A stretch of DNA of 58,252 nt, filler included, from Dirinaria sp. TL-2023a (taxonomy: Eukaryota), in the NCBI GenBank assembly GCA_051941275.1. It is 8 parts of 8 records of this genome, joined end to end, with 100 filler letters (N's around TTAATTAATTAA, not from the genome) between each part and the next. Parts side by side here need not be neighbours in the genome. Positions count along the whole stretch, not along the records: positions 7,304 to 14,502 come from JAVEBF010001348.1; positions 14,603 to 21,799 come from JAVEBF010001349.1; positions 21,900 to 29,093 come from JAVEBF010001350.1; 5 more parts are not named here. One strand, 5' to 3'. The stretch's first letter is position 1, and each line of letters starts with the position of its first letter. The position numbers were made by a program, and so were the translations under genes. The notes beneath the pieces were generated by a model. It saw nothing but the letters and a program-made list of their open reading frames with translations, ran no database searches and was not told the DNA's origin. Shown piece by piece: positions 13,601-26,628 of this stretch.

Positions 13601-13854
13601 GCGAACTCCTCAAGCTCATAGTGCCGTTATTCGCCCACCAGAGCCGAGAAGTGAGGGTGTGTTGTGCCTGGCTGGTGATTAATCTTACCTGGGTCGACGA
13701 TCAGGGCGATCAAGGAAATTGCAGGACGCGCGCGAGGGAGCTGGCAAAATTGGGCGTCATGGAACGGTTGAAGGCTCTAGAGGGCGATGTGGAGCTGGAT
13801 GTTAGGGAGAGGGGCAGGACGGCGGTGCATCAAATGGGGATGCTTTTGAGATGA
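10660..13854 (+). CDS. Armadillo-repeat protein, ARMC8/Gid5(Vid28)-like GID complex subunit (3 exons)
   Basis: LRALKNELIGHDEKKELWV, LSRSVSTLRTALMDAG, VCNLVLDFSPMRE, NSLWALKHLV, WLVINLTW, ELDVRER. Introns at about 10937..11182 and 12823..12876 restore the frame. Confidence 0.85.
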
Positions 13855-14502
13855 GAGAAAACAAAGCGAAAGAGAAGAAGAAAAACAAAAGAAGAGAAAA
13901 AGAAAAGAAAAGAAAAGAAAAAAAGGAACAGAAACTGGTTCCGTATATGTATAATATGAAGCATCACGTTAACGACATGGAGCAGGCGGCGAGCACTATT
14001 ATCGATTGGCAGTCCGAGCGCGCAACGCCTCTTTGCGCTGTTATCTTCAGCATACAGCAATCAAGCACGCGTAGCATGGTTACTTCGATTAGCGAAGAGT
14101 AGGTAGGTAGGTAGGCAACAGGAATACAGGATTTTTGAAAGTAAAAAATCACACACCAAGAACCAAATTTAATGGGGCCCTCTCTATCCTTTCTATGCGT
14201 GACACCGCTATCCCCCTCTGACGATTGCATCTAGCAAGAGGGTCACTATCGTTTTCTCCATTATCCCCAAGGCGCTCTAACCCCCCTTCTCTCTCTGTAT
14301 GCATTTTTATATGCGGGATCATAATTCCACATTCTTCATATATATATCCAGATCCAAATCCAATACCAATCCAAAAAAAAAAATCTTTGTTTAAGACTTT
14401 ATAAGGGATTTTTGGATGGTTGTGCTGTCCTTGGTCCTTGGATAATTCTTTCCTCTCTTCTCTCTTTTAATCTTGATTCTTCGTTTTTACTTGTTTTTCT
14501 TT

Positions 14503-14602
14503 NNNNNNNNNNNNNNNNNNNNNNNNNNNNNNNNNNNNNNNNNNNNTTAATTAATTAANNNNNNNNNNNNNNNNNNNNNNNNNNNNNNNNNNNNNNNNNN
14601 NN
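14503..14602. other. Artificial contig-joining spacer
   Basis: N44-TTAATTAATTAA-N44. Confidence 0.98.
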
Positions 14603-14796
14603 ATGATATATATTTGAATTTGAATTGCTTTGAATTAGTTGGGCTTGAGGGGATTTGAGACACTATTGAAAAAAGAGAGCTTCAAAGTTGAAGAGAGGAG
14701 ACAGCAGAGAAAAAGCAGTACGCGGGTGACTGAAAGAGATGAATGCACTTCTTTTGCAAGAATGCAGATAATGCAGATCTAACTCTTTTCTTCTCT

Positions 14797-16780
14797 CTAC
14801 TTCCCCCGTCCCCTCGCATTGAAGTTCTTCAACGGATCTCTCCTCCTCACCTTCCCCTTCCTCCCTCCCTTCTTCCCTCTCGCCATCGCCATCCGCCGTC
14901 GATTCTCACTCGCCTTCCTCAACCCCACAAACCCGACATCTACATCCCCGCCTTCCTCGCCATTCTCCGCCGGCTTCTTCGGCATCAGGTACCCAGGGAC
15001 ATGCTTCAAGTGGCTCTGCACGCGTACCCGTCCGCTCTGCCCATCGTGCCTCAAACTCCTCAGATCAGCCGGGTTCTCCTCGAAATACCGCCTCAGCTTC
15101 TCGCTCTTGAGCAGTTCCTGCCGGATCTCTCGCGCGCGCGCCTGCGCGATCGCCGTCGGCGTCACCGCCCGCAGGGCATCGTTCATCCGGTACCGGAAGC
15201 CCTCCACGGCCGCTGTGTCGAATTGGTAGTCTTTGATTTCTCTTCCCAGCGTTTGCTGCTGCTGCGTTGTGATCTGTGCCAGGACTGATTCATCGTGCGC
15301 CGCGGGCGCGAAGGAGGTCGGTTTGTGTTTTCGAAAGAGGGACGGGGGGATCACGAACGAGAGCGCGATGCCGGGCTGATTGGCCCGCGCGGTGCGCCCG
15401 ATGCGGTGCGTGTACGAGGTCGGGGTCGCAGGGAGATCGAAGTTGAGGACGCAGGTGACGTGCTGGAAGTCGATGCCCCGGGAGATGCCGTATTCCCGGT
15501 CTTTCTTTTTCGCCGGCCCCCGTGCTTTCCTCCTCTTGGTGGCCCGCGGGGCGTCTTCCTCTTCAGCGTTGCTATTGTTGGGCTCGATCTCGCTTTCTGC
15601 ACGTTTGCTGGAGTCTGTTGTTTGAGAGTCTGCAGTTTCTGATTTGGCAGTCCGCTGCCTGGATGTGCTTTGGCCCAGGACTTCGTGATCATCTGCCGCG
15701 ATTACGATGTCATAGACGTTCTTGTTGAATTCTTCGACCACGTGGATGCGCGAGTTGACTGGGAGCTCCGAGTTCAAGACGCAGCTCCTGATCCCGAACT
15801 GTTCGAAAAACAGTTTCAACCGATAACACCGATCCGTGTCGCCCGTGAAGATAATGCATTTCCCCTTGATCAACTGCAGCTTGAAGATGACGTAGGCCAG
15901 CAGGAACTTCTCGTCCTCGCCGCACCGCACAACATACTGTGTAAGCCCTTTATCATCAGCCTCGGCTTCATCGAGTTCTAGTACCGCTGGATCCTTGAGG
16001 AACAGGCCCTTCAATTGCTCCACCTCCGTTGTCAACGTCGCGCTTGTCAATATAATCTGCACGCCCTGCGGCAGTGCCTTTTTTATGTTCTGCAAATCCT
16101 CGTCGTGGCCATACGAGAGCACCAGATCTGCCTCGTCAACAACCAAGTGTGTGAGCTTCGCGAGAGAAAGCGCGGATGTGTTGATATTCAGGGATGCTCG
16201 CGCGGGGGTTGAAATGACGATATCGGGGTGCTCATCCAGCAAAGAGCGCTGCACCGCATCCGGGACTTTTTGAGTCAGATTTACGGCCCGTATCTCCTTT
16301 GCGCAGTGGGCGGTGAATGTTGCAGTGACTTTCGTAACCTGCTGAGCAAGTTCGCGGGTTGGGACGAGGATGAGTGCTGAGGTTGATTTGGCGTTCTTTT
16401 TCCCCTGTCCATGCTTCAGCACTCAGCTCAGACGTAGGAAAGGAAAACTACGTACGCCTTTCCGTCGCAGTATGGCTTCCAAGATCGGAAGGAGGTACAC
16501 GGCGGTCTTGCCCGATCCGGTCTTTGCGCGAGCTGCAAACTTTGTCAGCGATTGAGTTGTCGCGCTGGGGACATTCAAATTGACCAAGAATATCTCTGCC
16601 TTCGAGCGCAAGAGGTATTGCCTCCCTCTGTACTAAAGTGGGTGAGGCAAACTTTTCTTGGGCGATTGCTTGGAGTAATCGCGGATCCAAACCAAAAGAT
16701 GCAAAAGTCGAATTTTCAGTTGCAGTGGCAGGCGACTCAGTCGGAGTCGGGACCTGTTCATCGTTCAACTTCCGCTTCAT
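14797..16780 (-). CDS. DBP9: DEAD-box RNA helicase Dbp9/DDX56 (60S biogenesis; 3 exons)
   Basis: MKRKLN start, Q motif [75 protein letters not shown]. Confidence 0.93.
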
Positions 16781-17179
16781 GCTGGTAGCAGCGATTGGTG
16801 CTGGATCGACCTGTGCTTCAGTTATGTATGAGTTGCCTTGATATCGCGAAAGATGAGTGGAAAAGCAGTATGTAATCTAAATTGCGCTTGTAATGTATTA
16901 TTGACGCTAGGAACATTCAGTGGCCCCTTTTCATGAACCTTCTAGGGTTGATTACCCTAATTACATGAACTCGTACCTACCTTGGAATTACATGCAGATG
17001 CGATCATTATCATTGATTGAATCATTCCATTCATCGATTGGGAAGTAGTATGACACTATATATTTTGGAGGCAAGTGTAACTATCGAGATTCAGCTTACC
17101 ACGATATTCCATCAAGTAAATCCGGCCGTCCTCCCATCCTACACTGATATAAACGTACTCATTTGACTCATTAAACACC

Positions 17180-20006
17180 TCATCGCACAACCCTAGCATA
17201 AGCGCTGGGCCAAACACCCCCTTTGCCGCAGTAGATGCCCCAGAACCAATCCCCGTTGATATCCTCCGCCTCGGTGATCTCAGCGCCCTTGGGGAAGCCC
17301 AGCTCATCCTGCACGCCTTCTTGAGGGTAGTATGACCACAACGCGGTTGCGCTAAGGCCCGTACCGCCAGAGGGCGGAAGAGGAGCTCGAGCTGCGTTGG
17401 AAGTGGATGTGCGCTTCTGCGTGGGTAGTGTGCGGATGGTGTTCTCCTCTTTCCACTTCCACTCGGGCTTTCTCCCCCTTCCTCCACTTTCCTCTGGGTT
17501 ACCATCTTCCTTGAGGGCATGCCCACCTACCAGATCCTGCACCACGGTTCGCTGTCCGCCGGTAGCACTGGTTGCATGACCGATGACGATCATGACCGTA
17601 CGGTGGCCTTGAGGACACCGTCTCCATCCTTTGTCGCCGTTCTCACGGCTGATGCGACCTGAAGAGACGAGTTTGACATAACATGGCGTGCAGATGTCGT
17701 AGTCTCCATCGTTACACATCGGGCAATGGAAACGTCTCGCAGAGGGCGGAATCGACGAGGTGCACATGTCACAGTTCGTGGAGAAATTTAGTGGAATATA
17801 GTCCGGCACTTCGTCCGATCCAGATGTAGGGCTTAGGTGGCGAGGAGAATTGTGATGAGTCAGCGGAGTGAAAGAGTGGCCTGCTGCAGTCTGATGCGTC
17901 GCTCTCGGCTCGGAAGGGGTGGATGAAATCGCGGAGGGATGAGCAACAGGAAGCAGTGGGTGAGTGCAGTGTTTCCCTTGATTCACGCAGCGGTTGCAGA
18001 AGCCCCATTCCCCATCATTGCAACGATCGCATTTCCAGAAACATTGATTCGCGAAATCAGAGCAGACGGCGCAGAAGAAGCCGCTTTGCAGCCTCGATGA
18101 GGGATCAGAGGATGTAGTGGTCCGGCTGTTGCTGGAAAGCGTGGCTTGAACAGTCTCAGGCGGAGGAGGTAGATATCGCCTCCCGGTTAAAGAGTGCGGA
18201 GGAGGGGCTCCTGTGGAGCGTGCCTGGCGCTCCCAGCGATCGCTCGCTGCTTTTCCGAACCCAAACCAGTGATGGCAGCCCTTTCCAGTGCGGTAGCAGC
18301 GGAGACAGATATTGAAGTTCCCAGCGGAGCAATGCGAGCAGTGAAAATGGAGATCGTGCTCGATATTAGCTTTACCGCAGCGGTGGCAGGATACGGACGG
18401 CTCAGGATAGCGAACCGGAGGACTGCTGCGGCTACTATGTGCCGGAATCGTCGTTTCCTGGGGAAAGAGATCATTCACAGGATAGGGCGCTGGGCCGGCA
18501 GCATTTATGGGTTGCAGACTAGTCGTTGCTGGCTGACCTTGGGCACTACCTTGGGCACTACCTGGGGGATTAGCTAGTTCTGGAGGTGCTGGTTGAGCAA
18601 GCCTATGGGCAGTTCGTGATGATGACCTGTAATGTTGGTGGTCGGTAGCAGGGGTACTTAAGGTCTGTCTCTGTTGCGATGAACGGCCACGGGTTGTATC
18701 AGCTGCACGTTGACGCTCCGGATCCGTTGTACGTCTACCAGGCTCCGAGGGGCGGTCCCGAACGTTGGTCCGAGTACGAGGCCGGTCAGATAGGTCCGTA
18801 GCTGAACGTGCTGCTTGTCGTTGAGTTTCTCCCTCGGCTCTTGCAGCCGCTGTAGCGGGAGACGCTTCTCGCCGATACTCGCTGGATGTTCTACGCCGGT
18901 GAGCTGGCCCAGTCGGGTACGCGTCGAAAAGGTAAGGCCTTGAGATTGGGGGATGGGATGAGTTGGTCACTACTTCAGTGTGAGGGCCCGATTGATGATG
19001 ATGACGAGGACGAGCTCGTGGCCTGTCAGATCTTTGTCTATTTGGACTCGGTTCTCTGGCGCCTTCGCGTTCAGCCTGGAGAGACCGGAAGCTTTGCCCA
19101 TGTCTCTGCCGGTACGCTTCTGCAATACGTTCGCTCAGCTCATCTTCTTGAGAGACGTCCAGGTTGTCGAGGTCTATGCCGTCCAGTAAACCTTCCTCGG
19201 TGATCTGCCTCAGCACCTCCGCTTGCATCTCCGCTGAGTCGACGTCAGAGCTGCCGAGCAATGAGCGCAGACTAGACTGATGCTCGATATGCCGAGCTTG
19301 TGCCCGTGGCTCGGTAGCCGGTCTGGTCCTTCCCACGACTGCGATCGTACTTGCATTCTCTTCGCGCTCCCTTCTCCTCTCCTGCTCGCGTCTCCTACGC
19401 CTCGGATCCTCAAGGCCTGGCTCTCGACTCCCATCGCCATGCCTGTGCCTGAGGCCTCGCTCGTAGGATCCCGGCCCTCTCACACCAACCTCCCTCAAGC
19501 TCATCTCCCTGATCTCTTCCATCATCCTCCGATCTTCGACGTCTGAACTACTGTCCCTCTTTGCCTCAACCTTTGGCATCACGTCATCACCGTGCTTGTA
19601 TTTCTGCCCCAGCTCCTCCTTCTCTTCGGCAGTCTTCCCCCTGCCTGGATTTGCCTGCAGGTACATATCGAGCAGCGTGGTGACCGTCGCATTCGGTTTC
19701 GTCTCTCGGACTGGGGCGCGACATGCTGGGCAAGTGTATGGATCGGGCCCGGATCGGTTGCTTTGGGACGCCTGACACGAGAACCATTCTTTGAGGCACG
19801 AGCCGCAATAGGTGTGGAGGCAATCAAGGAGTGTGAGTGGTTGGTAGAGTACGTCGGTGCAGATCTGGGTTGCACATGTATCAGTTTGTACTATTGGACG
19901 AAATTTGGTGGGAGTCGCGGCAGTCTCAGGGCACAGTTGGAAGGCTTACGGAGCAGGTCAACTCTTTCTCCAAATCCAACATGCCATTCTTCCCTCCCTC
20001 CGCCAT
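17180..20006 (-). CDS. RING-finger / ZZ-type zinc finger / SH3 domain protein (probable E3 ligase; 2 exons)
   Basis: Exon 1 MAEGGKNGMLDLEKELTCS, intron 19949..19865, then ICTDVLYQPLTLLDCLHTFCGSCLKEW...CPSCR (RING). Several CxxC ZZ-like repeats follow, and a C-terminal SH3 (ALWSY...DELGFPKGAEI...GDWFWG...GVWPSAY). Confidence 0.88.
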
Positions 20007-21799
20007 GCGTGCGCCGAGCCTGGGCCTTACAAGGACTACTCAGGGCCAGGAATATTTAATCATGACCGATCCCCGTTCAGCGATCGCAGAGCACTTTTGG
20101 CAGTGGTTGATGGTCGTAATAATCATGGCTAGTTTATTATACTTACGATACGAGCATGAGGTCTGGGCTTTGGGCGGGTATGCAAGGGCTGTGATTGGGT
20201 AGAGCAGTCAGACTAGAGAATGGCATTACGGCGTCTGAATATCAATAATGGTTTCTCGAGTGCATGTGCGTTGTAGTGTAGCTCAAACTGTAAAATGATC
20301 TTCCAAAAAGTCACGGGCTGAGGACAGCGGCGGCATGCTACCAATCTTGAGTCGCGACACGGCACCATAGGAGCTGTGTGAGATGAAATACGAACGAGTA
20401 ATGGAGAGCGCGCGCGAGGCCTGGGAGGAGTCTTTCCATCAGTCAGAGCAGACCAGGTTAGATCGGGTGAGAAAGACATTCTCTCGAATCTCCGAGATGC
20501 AGTCAAGGGTGTTCAAGAGTAAGATACAATTCCAAAAGCTCAGAGCCCCCATCATCCAGCGTTGCCGATACGTGCAGAGCGTGCCTCTTCTCCCACGGAA
20601 CAAAGCATGCAGCACGTAGCTGAAGCAGCATTGGCAGTCCGAGCTGAGAAGGCGTGAGATGGGTGTTTCCAGACATGGGCCAGTGACGGTGCCTGCTCCA
20701 AAGAAGAGGCGAGGTTCCCATGTTCCGCGAATCGCGATATTTGAGTACTCGTACGGTCGTACCTCGACAGATTCCCAAGACAGCGATCACTGCTGCTGCT
20801 ACATCCCGTCGACAATCAACATGTTGGTATGTATGTGCTCGTAACAGACAGGGCCCCTTCGTGCCCCCCACGACGTGGCGTCCAAGACCCGGGCCTCGAG
20901 GTGCCATGAACAGATCCTCGCAATCCTTCCGCTTCCACCGGTGGCAGTCTGGCAGATCTGTGTCCTTGTTCTTGCGACGTGATCATGGCCAGCAGCATCG
21001 GACTCCGTCGACGAGGGCAAACCCTGGTCCGGATCGTAACCCTAAGCGAGCGGCAGTCTCGGATGGCTGGCCTACCAGACTTAGGGGCTTAGGTGAACCC
21101 AGGTACAGTAAGGACAAGGTACATACTTTGCCTTGCCTTAAGGTAATACTCTAAGGTAGGTACAATTACTAGTATTAATAGGATCCGGCCCCAAACGGTA
21201 GGCGGAGATTTCTCCGCATTATTTCTTCACTCTTGTTCCAAATCATGTGTCATCATACAGGACATGTAGGGAACTAAGGTAAGGTACAAGGAGATACTGT
21301 AGTCATCATGACGTGATGCTGTCGGAGGCAGTGTAACTGAGCCATCGCTACGTTGCAAAAGCCGTTACGGATCTGGAAGGGAGTCGCACTGTCGCAAATC
21401 GTGTAGAAGCCGAACAGCCGAGAGGGAGATGATGGACCGAGGGCATGACCAACAGAAGGATGTTACAGTACCTTTGGATCAATCAGGGTCTGATGAACGG
21501 GGAAAGGGTGCATTATTGTAAGGTGTATACTTTCACTTATACTTAGAATGGTGCATAATTTATGAATGCGCGGGTGTGTGTGAGACCGAGTGGGCATGTG
21601 GGTGAGAGAGCGGGGAGGGGGCAGAGAGTACATAGTGAGAGACAGCGAGAGAGAGAGAAAAAAATACTGTAATTGTCAATAGGCAGGCGGAGCCGGACCG
21701 AACTTCCTTGGGAATAATAATTTGGGGATAAGCAGATCTTCAAGCGGAGCGGGATCGGGGGAGATCTACACAGGTAGCCAAAAAACGCACGCGAAATCC

Positions 21800-21899
21800 N
21801 NNNNNNNNNNNNNNNNNNNNNNNNNNNNNNNNNNNNNNNNNNNTTAATTAATTAANNNNNNNNNNNNNNNNNNNNNNNNNNNNNNNNNNNNNNNNNNNN
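21800..21899. other. Artificial contig-joining spacer
   Basis: N44-TTAATTAATTAA-N44. Confidence 0.98.
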
Positions 21900-23772
21900 C
21901 TATCCCCCCCACCCAAATTCTTGATCAGCGGCGGGCATGTGTTTGATTTGGTTGCTTCAGAGCTCCTGCTTTGTTGGACCACTTCCCAGGCAGAAACTTG
22001 AATCTTCGTGCTGACCCTTGTTTGCCCGATATTCGGTTTATATCATGCTCATGTTCGCGCCGACGCAAACCGCTCCACAGGCTATCAACTATGCGATTTT
22101 GAACAATCTAGATGCTGTCGGAAACAGTGTTGTCTGCCCACGGCAGTCATAGCTAGAACCATTTCGGGCGCCACCCCCTTCATGATGGCCATAGGAACCA
22201 TATGTAGAAACGGTAGATGGTCGTGAAACCCAGCAGCACATTCAGTAAGGTACCTAAGATAGGTAGACTAGCCACATGTCGAGACGGGAGGATGAAAGCT
22301 ATAAGCAATGACGGAGGAAAAGCTCTTGGTTTTGTCTTTAAGGTTCTGTCGGTGCTCTTCGGTAAAAATGTGTAGAGCTTGCATCTACCTTACCCATGTT
22401 AGTGCTGCAGCTGCCGTGACAAATTTTCTGGAGGGGGAATCTGATAGAAGAGATGGCGATTGCGATCCGAATTGGTTTGGTGAATCTAAGTCTTCTGTAT
22501 AGATGCCCGTTGCTAGGGCTTCAACAGCTGCAATCCCCTAGCCTTAGATTCGATCAAACATGATCAAATCAGGCGCCAGTGAGCTCTCGTGAAAGTGTTA
22601 CTGAAGATCCAGACTTGCGGGACCATAAATTAGCGGCATTCTGAAAGTATCCAATAAATGAGATAGGTCGTCAAAAGACGCTATTATAGTTGCGATTAAC
22701 TATCACTGCGCGTCTTGTGACAACGAAGCAAGACTCCACACGAGAGGTGGCTGCTCTGTAAACTCATTGGTGCAAGAACGTGTAAAGCACAATACAAACT
22801 CTGAGCCGACATGTTTGCCGGAATGAGTTCAGCATTCGCTCTTGTGGGCGACCGAGACGTTGACTCTTCCACATTGTGGTTCGAGCACTTTGCTTGATAG
22901 ACAGTATTACTATGTTTCGGGCTAGCAACTTGAGTACGGCGGTCGCCAGTCAGGTTTCGCGAATGAGTAAGATTGTGATGGCGTATGAGGAGGCCGAGGA
23001 ATCATTCAATGCACGACGACAAGAGCGATCCTGCAATACGGACCACCTAATAAAAGAATGAAAGCAGAACTGACAAGAAGACGGGTTTTCATTTGTGTCT
23101 TGCTGTTCTGTGAGTGAGTATATGCTATGTGGCATTAGGGATTCATACGTCTCCTGATGTGGCATTATAGGCGCTCAAGTCGAGCGAATCTCCTATTGCA
23201 TGCCGTCCAGTAAAACCTTTTGTCGCCGGCGAACCCAGGCACTGGATTATAGGAGACTTGGCACCTGTCTACAGGGCCGCGAGCGTTGACGGCTGGTAGG
23301 AACCAAGCCAAGGATTTGATGTGAAGAATGTCCGGAGTGACAGGAATTGGAGTCATGCGGATTGAGCTACGAGTAGAATTGAGGCTAATTAATGTCCAAA
23401 GACTGAATTGGAGTAACTAGCGTTGAATTCACATACCTTAAGGTTATTGAAGTACTTTATCGAATCGTATATATCGTATGGTTAAGTTGAACATAAGCGC
23501 GTTTCTCCGATTCGACCCTATGCCTAGAGCTGTCTCAAAATCTTTGGGGCATGTATGTACTATAAAACGTTGTTATGCTCGACGCACTAAAATACCTCCA
23601 AAGAACCCGCGGTAGGATTCAAACGGGCAATGCGAAGCCGTGGTGGTCTATAAAAAAAGAGCCTTCGAATGCTGCAAACGGGCACTGAAATTATTCTCAG
23701 CTCAGTGTGCTACCATTCACACCTGTGAAGTTTCAATTCGCACAAGAAGGACGGCCTGAGATTGGAACAGAG

Positions 23773-24488
23773 ATGTCTGCGTCGCCTAACCCGGTCGAAG
23801 CACCAGCACACATCCTTTCGCTACTCAATCGCCTTCACGCAGAATCAAGCGCGCAAGAGGCGGCACTCGGAAACTACTTATCCAAATCAGCTGGCTTTGA
23901 TGATTTAATGCGCGATAAATTCATAGCGCTGGATCAAGATAAATGCCATTTTGTATATCTCATCTGTCGTGCCATCCGCGCACGGAATGTTATTGAAGTG
24001 GGTACAAGCTTCGGTGTCAGCACCATGTACTTGGCTCTGGCAGTTGGCAGCAACGCCAAATTGCTCGGCCAGGCAGGAATGGTGATCGCCACCGAGAAAG
24101 AGAGCTCGAAGGCCCAAAAGGCGCGGCAGTACTGGCACGAGGCAGGAGAGCGAGTCGAGAGCCAAATTGAGTTGCGAGAAGGGGACCTCCAAGAAACGCT
24201 AGCGTCTGACCTCCCAACGGTCGATCTCTTACTTCTTGACAGTATGTTTCTCCTACCAGCATCTTTGCGCCCGACTAAATCCAACAAGTATGGGCCCCAT
24301 TGGCTTTGCCGGCTCTGAAGCTGGTGGAACACAAGCTGAGGTCGGGTGCGGTCATTATTGTCGACAATAGTATCTCTTCCGCCGCTCAATACGCCGATCT
24401 CCTTACCTATCTCAGGACACCGGAACATGGGTTTACAAGTGTTACTATTCCTTACTCGAATGGCCTCGAAATGGTGATGAAAACTTGA
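23773..24488 (+). CDS. SAM-dependent O-methyltransferase (class I, CCoAOMT/MdmC-like; 2 exons)
   Basis: VIEVGTSFGVSTMYLA SAM-binding motif, IATEKE, LREGDL. Intron 24242..24288 gives DLLLLD-I-WAPLALP, followed by GAVIIVDN. Confidence 0.88.
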
Positions 24489-26628
24489 TGTTGGGTGTCG
24501 TAAGCTCGATATTGATTTCAGTTGCCACTATGTGAGCTCCAGCGCGGACAGAATGTGAGACAGGTCGTTTAAGCTTGATTTATGTCAGGTTGGGGCCAGA
24601 GTCATCTAGAGAAGTATCAGCAGGTAGAAAGATCTCTATCTCCAAGTATCAGCTTTAAGGATTTCCATTCAACGAGCTTTGTAGGTGTGACAGTACTATT
24701 GCCGATAGCCAAGAGTCTTGAAGGCTCAAAGAGTAATGATTAGACTACAGAAGAGCAATCTTCTAAGCGGTTCATAGCGTCACAGGCGAGTCTGCCTTAA
24801 GGTAGGTTCGTCCACAACATGAAGAGAAAAGATGAGATCAGTGTGCTATCCATCTATATCGCCCATTCAGGATAGCGTGCTGATCGATGAGAGCAAAACT
24901 GTGAACGCCTACAGGATTGATTGCATTACATGACAACAATCTCACAATGAGTTGCCATCCACTTGGTCAAACTGACGTCGGTAATTAGCGGGAGAGTTAT
25001 CACTATCACTGACGAATATCGAGGGTGTTTCTGCCTCAACGGCTTTTCTTTGGACAGCTCTTTGGCAACAGAAGCCGACTCTTTATTCAAGAGTCCTAGA
25101 CCAGTAAAGACTTTCCCTCTCCTTCATTAGTATGTTTAGTTTTTAGGCAGCTTCCTGCCTGCTTTCTGGCTTGCGAACCGCTCATCAATGTTTCAGTCCT
25201 GTCTTGCTTTTTGCGAGTGGTGAGTAGAAGTAGGAGGTCAGTAATGCATTCTTCAATCGAGTACTTTATCAATTGGGCGTGCTCTAGAGTGATATCTCCA
25301 GCTGCCCATCCACTCTTTTGTGCTCATGTTTCAAATGCATTGACCGACTCCAACGTAGTAATATCGTAGAATCGAGACAACGATACCCTTCTACTGTGGC
25401 GAGCATATTTGCTCCGAAGTTGTAGCAGCTTCTAGCTCCATGGGGATAGCCAAGGATCCGTAAGCCACTTCAATAGAGCCAATACTTCGGTCGAAGCCCT
25501 AAACACTTTCTGAATCTTTAGCCTCGAGACCGGGGTCAGATATGCGAGTGCCGAAGAGAATAGTCTCTACTATTCCTCCAAAGGTCCAATCCCACATATA
25601 AGGCATACCTCTCATATGCCAGTGAGCGGTAAGAAAGAGGCTCATACCGTTAGGACCTCTTAATCCTCTTTGGGCACCTGAGGATGTAGAATATCGCATC
25701 GCAGAGGTGGTATCATCCGCGGCAGCATTGCCGTCTGAGCTTTTGCTGCAGGTGGACAATCGACGACCGCGTCTTAAAGGCCCATCACTCTCAGCTGTTC
25801 TGGTCAGGTTCGCACCATCTCGCCTCTCATGCAAGAGAGTCGATCTTTATATACCCGCCAATGTCATACATTGGTCGAGCTTCACCACAGCCGCCCAGTC
25901 ACATCGTCATATACGTTCGCTGAAATTCAGCTAATCCCGTAATGAAGCCAAGATACCTACTAGCTACATGTTCATTACCCATTCGCTTCACCCAACTCCG
26001 GGCCGAAGGCCGGAGTACCATATATTTTCGTCACCTTGGCAAATATTTTTGAAGCCCGGAACTCCCCGAAGTGCGCATTGCCTGGGACGCCGAAAGGTAA
26101 GGTACCTTAGGTATCTTAAGGTATGTAGCCATTGGACCAGGCCGCTTGGCCTTGGAAGGTTCGCCAGAGTAAAGCGCAGGCAAGATGCAGAACACTGCAT
26201 CTGAACCAGCAAAACGCAGAGCCTGATTTCAATTCTTGTGTCAAAAGCTTCGGTGATAGAGTGCTGTAATAATCGGACATTTCAAATACTGAGGCAACAT
26301 CCTCGAGAATCGATGACTGAGGTAATCACCGAAAACCACCCGAGAGACCTTTTTATCTACCTACGTCGCCTACCTATCTTACCTTATCCGCTCCCCTGTA
26401 GAGTACAGTATGATACTTAGTCATCCCCCCCAACACCCCCCGGTCCTCGGGTCCAGCTCAACTATCCCGCCAGCCCGACGCCAGTGATGCCGAGAGCGTT
26501 TCCTACCTAAGTAGTTCCCCACTTTAGCCGATTATCACAATCAAAAACCTCCCCCACTATTGAACTTTTCGCTCGCATCTACTTCCTATCCCGAATTGCC
26601 TCCCAATAAATCGTTACCAATCTTCACA

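Noticed and set aside
20213..21154. Several overlapping 60-144 aa ORFs upstream of the RING gene
   Set aside because: No recognisable domain, convincing splice model or consistent strand.
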